Virus record (IMG/VR): IMGVR_UViG_3300010285_000005
Source: a virus
Direction: 5' to 3' (one strand)
Length of the DNA: 40,703 bases
Shown piece after piece: positions 8,454-17,183 of this stretch. The notes beneath the pieces are model-generated. The model had not been told where the DNA came from. It saw only the letters and a list, made by a program, of their open reading frames with translations, and searched no databases. How positions within the stretch are numbered: position 1 is the first letter of the stretch; each line of letters opens with the position of its first letter. Both the position numbers and the translations under genes were made by a program.

Positions 8454-8869
8454 TCTATTTCACCCGCCAGCTTCCGCAGCTGCTCGACGGTCAGTTCTGC
8501 AAAGGGGTTGCTGTTCTTGACTTCGCCGGACAGTTCCATCTTTTCAGGCGGTTTGAAGCCGGCACGATCCAGGAAATCCTTCGCTGCCATTATCTTGTCC
8601 CTGTCGCTTGCTTCAGGATCGGTCATGATTTCAAACATGATCCGACGGGCTTCTAAAGCGTCGAAGATGAATTCTTCACGGATTTCCTGTGCGATCTGCG
8701 CCCGACGCTGATTCAAATATTCCTGTACTTTAACGTCCTTTAGGATTTGTGAAGCTTGCGATTCGGCAGACTTCGGACTATATCCGGCCTTGATTGCTGC
8801 CAGTTTAGCGTTCTTGCACCGCTGTTTCAGATATTCTTCGATGAACCGCTTTCGCTGCTCGTTTATCAT
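8450..8869 (-). CDS. terS: Terminase small subunit (P27/Terminase_2-like)
   Basis: MINEQRKRFIEEYLKQRCKNAKLAAIKAGYSPKSAESQASQIL. ATG at 8869 with GGAAAGGTGG RBS. The track extension to 8932 would run into a hairpin. Confidence 0.75.
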   Translation of the reverse strand: MINEQRKRFIEEYLKQRCKNAKLAAIKAGYSPKSAESQASQILKDVKVQEYLNQRRAQIAQEIREEFIFDALEARRIMFEIMTDPEASDRDKIMAAKDFLDRAGFKPPEKMELSGEVKNSNPFAELTVEQLRKLAGEIE

Positions 8870-8897
8870 GTTTGTCACCACCTTTCCGGCGAATAAG

Positions 8898-8961
8898 AAA
8901 GCCCCTGGGGAAGTATTCGGGCAGGAGGTCAAAACCCGAAATCCGGCTTCCCTGGGGCTTT
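8898..8961. promoter_or_regulatory. Long imperfect hairpin immediately upstream of terS
   Basis: aaagcccctggggaag (8898-8913) pairs with cttccctggggcttt (8947-8961). There is also an inner stem attcggg/cccgaat. Confidence 0.5.
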
Positions 8962-9024
8962 TTCATTATTCGCATCTTAACAATATCACACTTTGAGTAT
9001 CAATTTCAATCAAGTCCCTGAACT

Positions 9025-9441
9025 TTATTGGAAATATAGTTCATCGAATTGAACCAGCGCACGTTTGCACAATTCCTGAACCCACTGATAAGAGAACCCC
9101 ATGTCAACAGCGCACCGTTCCCATGTGTAACCGTTTACGAAACGCAGCGTCAGGATCAACCTATAATCGGCATACGGCATCGCATCGATTCGCTGGATAG
9201 CTTCGGCCTGAAGTTCACACAGTTCTTTGATCTGTTTTGAAAGTTCATTTTCAAGATCGACCAGTTTTGCAATACATTCTCCGATCGAATCCTGATTCGC
9301 ACCACCCTCAACGATGTCCTTTGAATAATCTATACAGCCGATGCTGGTGATCTGGCTTCTGATCTGCTCTATTTTTTCAGCTTTCGCTTTCACACTGGCG
9401 TTCAAGCGTCGAATATTCATAAAATAGTCTTTCGCCTTCAT
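9025..9441 (-). CDS. Late transcription regulator, sigma-70 region-4-like (RinA/ArpU/DUF1492 type)
   Basis: C-terminus YRLILTLRFVNGYTWERCAVDMGFSYQWVQELCKRAL resembles a region-4 HTH. Lies directly upstream of terS. ATG at 9441 with GAAAGG. Confidence 0.6.
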   Translation of the reverse strand: MKAKDYFMNIRRLNASVKAKAEKIEQIRSQITSIGCIDYSKDIVEGGANQDSIGECIAKLVDLENELSKQIKELCELQAEAIQRIDAMPYADYRLILTLRFVNGYTWERCAVDMGFSYQWVQELCKRALVQFDELYFQ

Positions 9442-9465
9442 TTTCTCACAACCTTTCACCGATAA

Positions 9466-9640
9466 CCTTGAACCGCTTCAAAGCCTTGATTTTACTGGCT
9501 TTTCAGCGATTTCGGGGGGAAGGTTCAAGGTAGTGTCTATATATTTATTATTTTCTTGTTATATAGATTGAATTTGTATGTAAATCAAGAAAATCTTCGT
9601 ATATAAACAAAACCTTGAACCTTGAACCGTTGCCCCGAAA
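9466..9640. repeat. TTCAAGG/CCTTGAA heptamer cluster with 21-bp inverted repeats flanking an AT-rich promoter region
   Basis: CCTTGAACC at 9466-9474, GGTTCAAGG at 9522-9530, CCTTGAACCTTGAACC at 9613-9628. Arms 9510-9530 (tttcggggggaaggttcaagg) and the reverse complement of 9620-9640 (tttcggggcaacggttcaagg) match at 18 of 21 positions. Confidence 0.8.
9560..9588 (-). promoter_or_regulatory. Candidate sigma-70-type promoter for the late regulator / late operon
   Basis: Minus-sense TTGATT (9588-9583), 17-nt spacer, TATATA (9565-9560). The context is AT-rich, so a chance match is possible. Confidence 0.35.
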
Positions 9641-9682
9641 GCCGTGACGATAGAAGGGTTTGCGACGGTTCAATGTTTGAAT

Positions 9683-9922
9683 TTAACCTTCCACCGACTT
9701 TGAACTTTTGCGAAGAATCCGCTTCATTTCCCTCATTAACCGCTTCAGCTGCTGCTTCGTCAAGGTCACGTCCGGCGTAAATGGGTGAAAGCATCGAAGG
9801 CCAGACATATTCTGCGGGCTGTTTATTTCCAGGACACGAACACCGCTGTCGCTTCGGAAGTTTGTGACTTCACGTCCGTCCAGGATCACGATCAGATTGC
9901 TTGTAATCAGATCGTCCTTCAT
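9683..9922 (-). CDS. Hypothetical protein (79 aa)
   Basis: ATG at 9922 overlaps (ATGA) the stop of the HD gene. The track ORF 9683..10012 extension overlaps the HD gene and is unlikely. Confidence 0.5.
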   Translation of the reverse strand: MKDDLITSNLIVILDGREVTNFRSDSGVRVLEINSPQNMSGLRCFHPFTPDVTLTKQQLKRLMREMKRILRKSSKSVEG

Positions 9923-10482
9923 ATCCCCTTGACCCTCGCTGCCACCATGTCGGCGGTGTGGGTGAATAGGACATTCGGATATTTCGCACACGCCCGCCCG
10001 TAATAGTCCCATTCTTTCGGTTCAGTAAACGCCCCCATGTGAAAGCGTATGCACATCATTTCTTCATCGGTCAGCTGAAGGATCGTCGAAGCCAGGATCA
10101 CGGACTTTTCACCGTGGCCTTCCATCAGCTTTTCTTTCCGGCGATCCCAGTGACTGACCCGTCCTTTGATCTGACCACCGAACACTTCCACGCCAGGATC
10201 ATCAATGACCAGTTCGTAATCGTCCAGTTTGCACAGATCGTGCAGCAGTCCCACCACGGCGGGGGATCGTGGGTGCTGCCAGGTCAACCCCAGCTTGTCC
10301 GTCATTTCGATCAGGGTTTCAGCGACACAGATTGAATGTCTTGCCAGATCGCCAGGTTCGTTTCCGTGATGACTAATGGAAGCGGGGGCTTCAAAGAATT
10401 TGTGTTCGATCAGCCAGGGAACAATCCTGTTCGCCAGGTCATCGCCCAGCATGGTTTTGACTTTTTCGATTGTCGTTTTCAT
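9919..10482 (-). CDS. HD-domain phosphohydrolase
   Basis: SHHGNEPGDLARHS and GLLHDLCK (H...HD motif). RBS AAAGGTGGA. Confidence 0.75.
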   Translation of the reverse strand: MKTTIEKVKTMLGDDLANRIVPWLIEHKFFEAPASISHHGNEPGDLARHSICVAETLIEMTDKLGLTWQHPRSPAVVGLLHDLCKLDDYELVIDDPGVEVFGGQIKGRVSHWDRRKEKLMEGHGEKSVILASTILQLTDEEMMCIRFHMGAFTEPKEWDYYGRACAKYPNVLFTHTADMVAARVKGI

Positions 10483-10615
10483 TGATTCCGTCCACCTTTC
10501 GATATAATTGATTGACGTGTTCGATCATCAGCCGAAATAACGAAACGTATTCGTAAGGTGTCAAGCTTTCCTTCAGCTGACTGTGAAGACGCTCGACTTT
10601 TTCTTCTGCCTTCAT
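10439..10615 (-). CDS. Possible small protein (58 aa, below ORF-track cutoff)
   Basis: ATG at 10615 overlaps (ATGA) the stop of 10612..10827. Translation MKAEEKVERLHSQLKESLTPYEYVSLFRLMIEHVNQLYRKVDG... The 3' end overlaps the HD gene start by 44 nt. Confidence 0.35.
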   Translation of the reverse strand: MKAEEKVERLHSQLKESLTPYEYVSLFRLMIEHVNQLYRKVDGINENDNRKSQNHAGR

Positions 10616-10827
10616 TTGTAGACCCTTCCCGTTTTCATGTCCTTGATTTCGATTCTGTTAAGCAGTTCAAAACCGCATAAGTTCAGCAGTTTCTTGATGA
10701 CGAAAATCACGTCGTTGACACGCTTTTGCTGTGCGTCATTTTCACGATCCGCAGCCTTGATCCCATAATAAGCTGTGGGATCGGGGTAACCTTCAGCGTT
10801 CAGCATCGGATTTTTATTTTCTGCCAC
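10612..10827 (-). CDS. Hypothetical protein (71 aa)
   Basis: ORF track. Contains the EGYPDPTAYYGI motif, which I recall seeing in small Firmicute-phage proteins. Confidence 0.5.
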   Translation of the reverse strand: MAENKNPMLNAEGYPDPTAYYGIKAADRENDAQQKRVNDVIFVIKKLLNLCGFELLNRIEIKDMKTGRVYK

Positions 10828-11152
10828 TGACTTTCCCCCTCACAATTTCAAGTTCCACTTCTTCCTTCAGTGTGTTTATGCAGTCTTCAAGTTCGATGTA
10901 ACCTTTGTCGAATGAATCATATAATTCCAGGACGAAATCGGCGAATTCCTGACAGCGTTTTTTCCCGAACCCGTACTTGTCCCGAAGAACCATGATCGGA
11001 AGCCCCAACATCAAAGGGATCGCCAGGTCTGCTGCCTTTTCCAGTGCTGCCTTTTCCGTCGCTTCTCTGATCGCATGAAGATCACTGGCCTTGATGTTGT
11101 AAACGACTTCGGCCTGTTTGATCTTTTTCTTCCGGCGTTCTGCTCTGTTCAT
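10814..11152 (-). CDS. Hypothetical protein (112 aa)
   Basis: ORF track. Basic N-terminus MNRAERRKKKIK. Tightly packed in the operon. Confidence 0.5.
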   Translation of the reverse strand: MNRAERRKKKIKQAEVVYNIKASDLHAIREATEKAALEKAADLAIPLMLGLPIMVLRDKYGFGKKRCQEFADFVLELYDSFDKGYIELEDCINTLKEEVELEIVRGKVSGRK

Positions 11153-11159
11153 GTTTCAT

Positions 11160-12110
11160 TCACCCTTTCCGTCCGACGAAGTATTCTTCAAAGCGTTTGA
11201 CTTTATTGAACACGAATCTGTTGTTGCACCATCTTTGCATTTGATGACAGATTTTGAAGTGTATCAATTCGTCCAGGTCATATTTCTGCCAGACATCGGG
11301 AAGCCAGTTTCCAGCCTGGTCAACGAATTTTTGCTTGTCGTAGATCATGACATATGGCGAAAACCCATTATCCCGCAGCCAGTAAATCCTTTTCAAGTCT
11401 TCTTCTATTGTTGACCAGTAATTTACCAGGACATAAACCGTCAGATCATTATCACGCTGTTTCAGCTGCGGGCGAAGCCATGTGAACACGTCACGAAGGT
11501 CTTCACGGGGATCGTCCCAGGCGAAATAATGGTTCGGAATCTTCATGCTGTTCAATAGGTTCAAGCATTTCTGATCCAGCAGCCGAACATCAATCCCGCC
11601 GTTGAATTCGACTTTCGCTTTTGAATCGACCAGCTGCTGAAGAAGATCAATCCGATCTTTGCAGGCCAGAATGTTTTGATCAAGCAGAACGATCTTTTTC
11701 TGGCTTGTCCAGAATTCGGATAGGTCTGCGACCTTCTTGCTTTTCGCCCCGTCTTTTTCGGGCGTGATGCAAAACGTGTGATTGCATCGGGGACAGCCAC
11801 GGGTCAGAAAACCTAAAGCGAAATCGAACTGTGGATATAAACTGTAATCGGGACACTGGTGTTCGATTTCGTCCGGCAATCTGTTCTTCAAGTCATATCC
11901 GCTGCCACCCCGCCGGACTTCGTCACAGTGAAAATTGATATTCGGTTCACGGGATTCCGTGAAAACCTTGCTAATATAAACCCTGTCATATGTACCGCCA
12001 TCGCTGACGAATTCCACGGTGTCGCCCTGGGATTTGTGAAAGGCCGAAATTTTCATCAGGGGAAGGTTCGGGAAGCCGTGGGAATCAACGTCGATCAACC
12101 CGACCTTCAC
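11160..12110 (-). CDS. Radical-SAM-like protein with a B12-binding-like N-terminal fold (putative)
   Basis: N-terminus MKVGLIDVDSHGFPNLPLMKISAFHKSQGDTVEF and TRGCPRCNHTFC resemble B12-rSAM enzymes. The Cys spacing is CxxCxxxxC, not the canonical CxxxCxxC. Confidence 0.45.
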   Translation of the reverse strand: MKVGLIDVDSHGFPNLPLMKISAFHKSQGDTVEFVSDGGTYDRVYISKVFTESREPNINFHCDEVRRGGSGYDLKNRLPDEIEHQCPDYSLYPQFDFALGFLTRGCPRCNHTFCITPEKDGAKSKKVADLSEFWTSQKKIVLLDQNILACKDRIDLLQQLVDSKAKVEFNGGIDVRLLDQKCLNLLNSMKIPNHYFAWDDPREDLRDVFTWLRPQLKQRDNDLTVYVLVNYWSTIEEDLKRIYWLRDNGFSPYVMIYDKQKFVDQAGNWLPDVWQKYDLDELIHFKICHQMQRWCNNRFVFNKVKRFEEYFVGRKG

Positions 12111-12730
12111 GTTTCCGTCACCCCAATGTCATCGAATAGGACGGGGGCTTTTTCCTGAAGCATTTTCAGCAGCTTGATTGCCACTTCACGAATTTGCGGG
12201 TGTGCTGCGGGTGAAGTCCGAAGCTTCAAGAAGTGTCGCCACTCTCTGATATTCGCCGTCATGACGACCTCGGTCTTCAGGCTGTTCGGAAGAACGCTGC
12301 GGGCTTCCTGTGGTGATGCACCGCTTTCGATCAGGGACATATAAAATCGTTCGGCTGATAACATGGCAGCTTCCCAGTTCATATATTTCGGATCGTTTTC
12401 AGACCAGAAGCAAGGCCGGATCACCGCGATTTCGTCGGCCTTTGCATAATTGCAGTAACGGGTTGATTCCTGGCTAAAGGAAGCGATTCTGTGCCTGACG
12501 ATTTCGTGTGACACGCCACGATCGACGATAAACTTGACCGTGAAAGAAACATGTTCCAGGACAGATTCGTGTCCACGCTTTATGATGTTCCTGATAAATG
12601 TTTCAGCCGACCCCCTGGCAATCTTGTCTTCGGATTTGTAGCACACACGACCGCAATATTCCAGCTTGCGAAGGATTGTTTCCTGTCCAGGGAAATCGAT
12701 CAAAATGACATCGGCATCGATTATGTTCAT
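12107..12730 (-). CDS. thyX: Flavin-dependent thymidylate synthase ThyX
   Basis: ThyX signature RHRxxSxxxxSxR is present as VRHRIASFSQESTRY. 207 aa. Confidence 0.85.
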   Translation of the reverse strand: MNIIDADVILIDFPGQETILRKLEYCGRVCYKSEDKIARGSAETFIRNIIKRGHESVLEHVSFTVKFIVDRGVSHEIVRHRIASFSQESTRYCNYAKADEIAVIRPCFWSENDPKYMNWEAAMLSAERFYMSLIESGASPQEARSVLPNSLKTEVVMTANIREWRHFLKLRTSPAAHPQIREVAIKLLKMLQEKAPVLFDDIGVTET

Positions 12731-13260
12731 TTCTGTTCTTCCTTTCTGTTTATGCTGCGTTCGGCTTCAAAGCCGTTCGGATAACGATCCAGCAGTTTCT
12801 GAATGTTTCTTTTCATCACGTCGGATAGGGGGACACCCAACCCGAAGGCTGTCGTCGCCACATACCACAGAATGTCGCCCAGCTCGTTGATTATGTAATC
12901 GGGATCAAGGGTGTGATCCTGGAATCTGGCCTTCTTGACGTGATCAGCCACTTCACCGCTTTCACCAGCCAACCCCAGCGCACCGTTCAGGACGGGATCA
13001 GCCAGGGTCTTCTCCGACATGGTTCGCATGGCTTTCGCCTGGTATTCGTTCGCATAAATGTCGCACGACACCGTTGTTGACAGAAGTTCCTTGAAGTGTT
13101 CGGCATACATAAGGCCGTCGATCAGTTCCTCTTGCAGATAGGTCAGAACCTCTGTCGGTGACAGGACTTTGTTGTCCTCAAGGACTTGACCGTATTTTTC
13201 AAGTCCTTTTTGCGTTTGCTTCGCCTGAAGCTTGCATATTCTGTCCCAATACTTTCCCAT
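12727..13260 (-). CDS. mazG: MazG-like nucleoside triphosphate pyrophosphohydrolase
   Basis: GLAGESGEVADHVKK (ExxE) and ELGDILWY (E..D). ATG at 13260 with AAGGAAGGG RBS. Track start is 13269. Confidence 0.75.
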   Translation of the reverse strand: MGKYWDRICKLQAKQTQKGLEKYGQVLEDNKVLSPTEVLTYLQEELIDGLMYAEHFKELLSTTVSCDIYANEYQAKAMRTMSEKTLADPVLNGALGLAGESGEVADHVKKARFQDHTLDPDYIINELGDILWYVATTAFGLGVPLSDVMKRNIQKLLDRYPNGFEAERSINRKEEQK

Positions 13261-13265
13261 GAATA

Positions 13266-15161
13266 TCAACCCTTCCTTTTCACGAAAATGCGATATTTAA
13301 CGCCCTTAATCTTTTTGTCTTCCACTTCCAGACCATAGCGTTTCTTCATCTGAAGTGTGAAGCTGATGTGTGAATAAACTTCTTTCAGCCCGCCCAGCTG
13401 ACAGAATTCGCAGTAATCTTGATAAACCTTGTTTGTCGGTTGAAGTTCCACGTTTTCGATCCCATAGTCTTCGATGAAGCTGACGATCGAATTGTTTTCC
13501 TTCTCATATTCGACCAGTGCCTGGTCAACCTTTGCGGGTGTCGTGAATTTCCTATTTGCCAGGACACGCTTCAGTCCCCGAATACCCAACAGGATCAGAT
13601 ATTCCACAGCGTCGGGTTCTTGAAGATCGTACTTGATGAATGGCCTGTAACCTGGATCGTCTGGTGTGAACCTGGCTTCAAAGGGAATGATGACCAACCT
13701 TCGGCGAAGTCCACCGCTTTTGTCCTTGATCCTGGGGATCGCATTTGCTGAAAACAGCATCTTTGAATAATTGCAGAACTCAAAGGGATCGAGACCCTTC
13801 CTTTCAGCGTTCACCGCTTCGCCTGTGACCAGCTTTTTGAAGACCGAAGGGTTTGCGATGAATTCTTCGCCGATGTCGTCACCCAGGTTTGCCAGCTTGC
13901 CAGCCAGTTCAGCCGTCTTGAAACGATCCCCCAGTTCCTTCAGGTCAAGCGAAGTGACGTTTTCTTCGCCCAACATGGTCTTGATCATATCGATAAATGT
14001 GGACTTGCCGTTTGCGCCGTCACCCGTCAGAATAAAGGCTTTTCCCAGTTCGTTCTTTCTGAAAAAGCAGTACCCGACACATTCTTCAAGCAGCGCACGA
14101 ATTTCAGGATCGTGACAGGATATTTTGTCCAGGGTTTCATCGACCAGCTTCGCCCCTTCAGTCCCAGCAGCTGCCGGATTGTAATTCCAGGGGATTTTGT
14201 TCGTCAGAATAATGTCGGGGCTGAAGGGCATCAAGGTGTCATTCACGAAGTCATAAAGACCGTTGTTGAAAGCGATCAGGTTCGTGTTCGACTGGTGTTT
14301 GTACTGCGGAACGATCAAAGACAGGTATGACAGAACTTCCTTCCGGCGTGTCTTGCTTAACCCGCTGATATGTCTGATCATCGCAGCTTCGATCTTGTCC
14401 TGGTCTTTCGTATAAATCCCGTTGTCATATATGTGCAGCTGCCCGTTCAGCTTGATTACATGGTCATTGTTCTTCAAGTAGACGGCGAACTTGTCAAACA
14501 GGAACGTGTTGCCCTTCAGGAAGATCGGTTTCTTGAACGCTTCGTCACGAATGATCGTTTCCAGTTCACGACCAGACAGCGGGTCTTTCATGACATAGTT
14601 GTTGATGATCCTGATCGTTTCCCTGGCTTCCTCGATCGTGAAATCTTCCGATTGTAATGTCAGAATGTAGTTGAACAAGGCTTGATTTCGACCGTCGCCA
14701 GCTTCCATGTCCATGAATTCCTGGCTTGTCCTAATGGGAAACAACCACTTTGGAATTGTCTGAATTTCGTCTTCAGGCGTGTCATAAATGACTTCACGTT
14801 CGACGTTGTTGAATTTCAGAATTGCATATGAATTCCGACAGCCCAGCTTGATGTCCGCTGTGATGCAGATCGCCAGTTTTGTGTGTGTTTTACACGTCTT
14901 CAGTCCGTCGTTCTTGAAATAGAAATGCTTGCCCCGTGATGTTTTATAAACCTTGCACTTCAGTTCACGGTCTTGAACGATTTTGAACAGAATTTCGCTT
15001 TGTTCAAAGTCATCAATATCGATCAGAACCGTGTCTTCTGAAAGGATTCCGGCGAATTCGGGAAGATGCTTCACCTGGTCATATGTCTTCAGGTCTGTTC
15101 GGTTCTTGAATTTTTCAGTACATTCTTTGTCTTTTGTGGGGACATATCCACGGAACAGCAC
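13266..15161 (-). CDS. Bifunctional primase-polymerase / D5-P4-type primase-helicase
   Basis: N-terminal prim-pol motifs (VLIDIDD, SRGKHFYF). P-loop FILTGDGANGKSTF is typical of the P4/D5 primase C-terminal NTPase. Confidence 0.8.
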   Translation of the reverse strand: MLFRGYVPTKDKECTEKFKNRTDLKTYDQVKHLPEFAGILSEDTVLIDIDDFEQSEILFKIVQDRELKCKVYKTSRGKHFYFKNDGLKTCKTHTKLAICITADIKLGCRNSYAILKFNNVEREVIYDTPEDEIQTIPKWLFPIRTSQEFMDMEAGDGRNQALFNYILTLQSEDFTIEEARETIRIINNYVMKDPLSGRELETIIRDEAFKKPIFLKGNTFLFDKFAVYLKNNDHVIKLNGQLHIYDNGIYTKDQDKIEAAMIRHISGLSKTRRKEVLSYLSLIVPQYKHQSNTNLIAFNNGLYDFVNDTLMPFSPDIILTNKIPWNYNPAAAGTEGAKLVDETLDKISCHDPEIRALLEECVGYCFFRKNELGKAFILTGDGANGKSTFIDMIKTMLGEENVTSLDLKELGDRFKTAELAGKLANLGDDIGEEFIANPSVFKKLVTGEAVNAERKGLDPFEFCNYSKMLFSANAIPRIKDKSGGLRRRLVIIPFEARFTPDDPGYRPFIKYDLQEPDAVEYLILLGIRGLKRVLANRKFTTPAKVDQALVEYEKENNSIVSFIEDYGIENVELQPTNKVYQDYCEFCQLGGLKEVYSHISFTLQMKKRYGLEVEDKKIKGVKYRIFVKRKG

Positions 15162-15167
15162 TCCGAA

Positions 15168-15398
15168 TCACCGCCTTTTCTGTTTGATGAATTCAGACCA
15201 GTATTTGTATTTCTTCCTTTTCAGGAATTCTTCGATCCGATCAATCGTTTCCTGATCGCAATATTCGTGGGTCATCTGGAAGATTTTCCTGACGTTCTTC
15301 AGCGGAATCATTCCGTCTGCTGCGCCGATCTTTGTTGAAGTTAAACTTTCAAGATCGACCATTATGAAGCCGGAAGGGTGTTCAATTTTGTATGTCAT
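15168..15398 (-). CDS. Hypothetical protein (76 aa)
   Basis: ORF track. Overlaps the polymerase stop by 4 nt. Confidence 0.45.
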   Translation of the reverse strand: MTYKIEHPSGFIMVDLESLTSTKIGAADGMIPLKNVRKIFQMTHEYCDQETIDRIEEFLKRKKYKYWSEFIKQKRR

Positions 15399-17158
15399 AA
15401 CGTCACCCCGAAGTCTTCAAGTCTTTTGATTGCTGTGTCGATGTACCACTGACGATCAAGATAATCAGGGATCGGGACATCGTTCACGTTTTCGTTCATG
15501 ATGAAGCAGCGTTCCGGCGTGTTTGCGAACTTTTCTGGATTCGACCCATCACCCTTGACTTTGAAAATCCCACCATCTTCCGGCCTGGTAGATGCAAAAA
15601 CCCTGAAGCATTTTTCATTCGGGATTGTTCCACCCTCAAAGACCTTGACGGGTTTCGTCTTGCCGTCCACCCTTATTTTCTTTTCTGTGATCTTTGGATT
15701 GATCAGGGCGTGACTGTATTTGCTGCTGACTTTGACGATCTTCTGGAAGTCCTTCAGCTTGTTGCAGCTGTTGATCGTGTCGGCTGGGTGAATACCCTTC
15801 AGGAAGTAGTTCTTGACCGCTTCATTCAGGATCGGCAGATCATAGTCCAGGTTAGACAGGGCTTTCACATATGCGCCCTTCGTTTTGCACTTGCCTTCGG
15901 CGTTTACAAGAATGTAATTGTTCACGTCCTTCTGAAACACTTTCGTGAACAGTTCAAATTCCATGTTCATTCCCGTGGCTTGCTCCCATTCATAAACGAT
16001 GTCATCTATTAAATCGAAATCTTCGATCCTATTCAGTTTGATCAGAAGACCGTCTGTATTGCTCTGGATCAGCTGTGCGTGATCCTCAATCATTTCGATC
16101 AGCATCAACAGCATCAGCTGACCGTTTACGCACACCGCATTATTCATCATCGGATCATATAATTTGCTGTTTTTGTCCTTCAGCTGACCGCTTATGCTGT
16201 TATCTGCGATCTTGAAGGGAAGGCGGGCTTTTTTGTCGCCCAATGCCTTGAAGCGAAGGTTTTCTTTGTGGATCAATTCAAAGTTTTCCGGCTTCCCCAT
16301 GTTGCGATAACCGAATTTATACTGAAGCTGTATGCTGGGATAATAAGCCGTCACGTCCATGTTCAGAAGGACACCTTCGACCATGTTCTTCGGCTTCGCC
16401 CCGTGAATCCCACCCCAGGCGAACGTGTGGGGAACTCCGGCGACGATCGTGTCCAGCTGTTTGTCATAGTCATGGTTTTCGGGGTTCTTGTACCAGTCCA
16501 GGACATATCTGTATTTTTTCAGCTTCAGACAGGGGACGATCGGGAAATCAAATTCGTTGTCCTTGAAGCGTTTCCCCATGCCCCCGCAGATTTCAGCCAC
16601 CAGCTGCGCTTTCGTTTTGCTGAATGACGTGATCGGTAGTTTGAAGATTTTGATCAGTTCCCTGACTGCTTCAAATTCTTCCTTGCGCTGCATGAAGACA
16701 TCGATCGTTTTGTGAACATCGTGTCTGCAATATTCGATTGTTTCCTGGATTTCATCGTCCGTCAGCTTTCGGTTGATATTGAAGGGGACGCTTGTTTCCT
16801 TGATGTTTTCACCCATCATGCCTTCCAGGGATTTTAGACCGCCGTCATTGTTTAGCATGACATCATAGTTGATCATCTGGATTTGCTTGAACAGATCGCT
16901 GATCTGCCAGCCTGGTTTCCCTTCCTTGATGATCTTGTCGCTGACCACCTTCGGGTCAAGATCGCACAGAATCGCCTTCATGATGTACTGGTCATAATGT
17001 CTGTTGTTATAACCGACCCAAATCCCGTGCGATCGCTCCGTGAAATATTTCTTCAGCCTTTCGGGATCGTTTACGATGACTGTTTCCGAACGCTCGTCAG
17101 TGTCCACCAGGACGACCAACCAATCGAACGGGAACACCTCAAAGTCATAAAAGACCAT
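15395..17158 (-). CDS. DNA polymerase, family-B-like, with 3'-5' exonuclease domain
   Basis: ExoI YDFEVF, ExoII YNNRHYD, ExoIII YCRHDV. Motif A DVTAYYPSI. Motif C-like SNTDGL (NTD instead of DTD). ATG at 17158 with GGGGGA RBS. The track extension to 17227 lies in a GC hairpin. Confidence 0.7.
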   Translation of the reverse strand: MVFYDFEVFPFDWLVVLVDTDERSETVIVNDPERLKKYFTERSHGIWVGYNNRHYDQYIMKAILCDLDPKVVSDKIIKEGKPGWQISDLFKQIQMINYDVMLNNDGGLKSLEGMMGENIKETSVPFNINRKLTDDEIQETIEYCRHDVHKTIDVFMQRKEEFEAVRELIKIFKLPITSFSKTKAQLVAEICGGMGKRFKDNEFDFPIVPCLKLKKYRYVLDWYKNPENHDYDKQLDTIVAGVPHTFAWGGIHGAKPKNMVEGVLLNMDVTAYYPSIQLQYKFGYRNMGKPENFELIHKENLRFKALGDKKARLPFKIADNSISGQLKDKNSKLYDPMMNNAVCVNGQLMLLMLIEMIEDHAQLIQSNTDGLLIKLNRIEDFDLIDDIVYEWEQATGMNMEFELFTKVFQKDVNNYILVNAEGKCKTKGAYVKALSNLDYDLPILNEAVKNYFLKGIHPADTINSCNKLKDFQKIVKVSSKYSHALINPKITEKKIRVDGKTKPVKVFEGGTIPNEKCFRVFASTRPEDGGIFKVKGDGSNPEKFANTPERCFIMNENVNDVPIPDYLDRQWYIDTAIKRLEDFGVTL

Positions 17159-17183
17159 TTTAATCCCCCATTCTTCTGAATTG

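Noticed and set aside
9585-10012. ORF 9585..9794 and the N-terminal extension (9923..10012) of ORF 9683..10012
   Set aside because: The first covers the heptamer/promoter region with no RBS. The extension overlaps the HD gene, whereas ATG 9922 is coupled (ATGA) to the HD stop.
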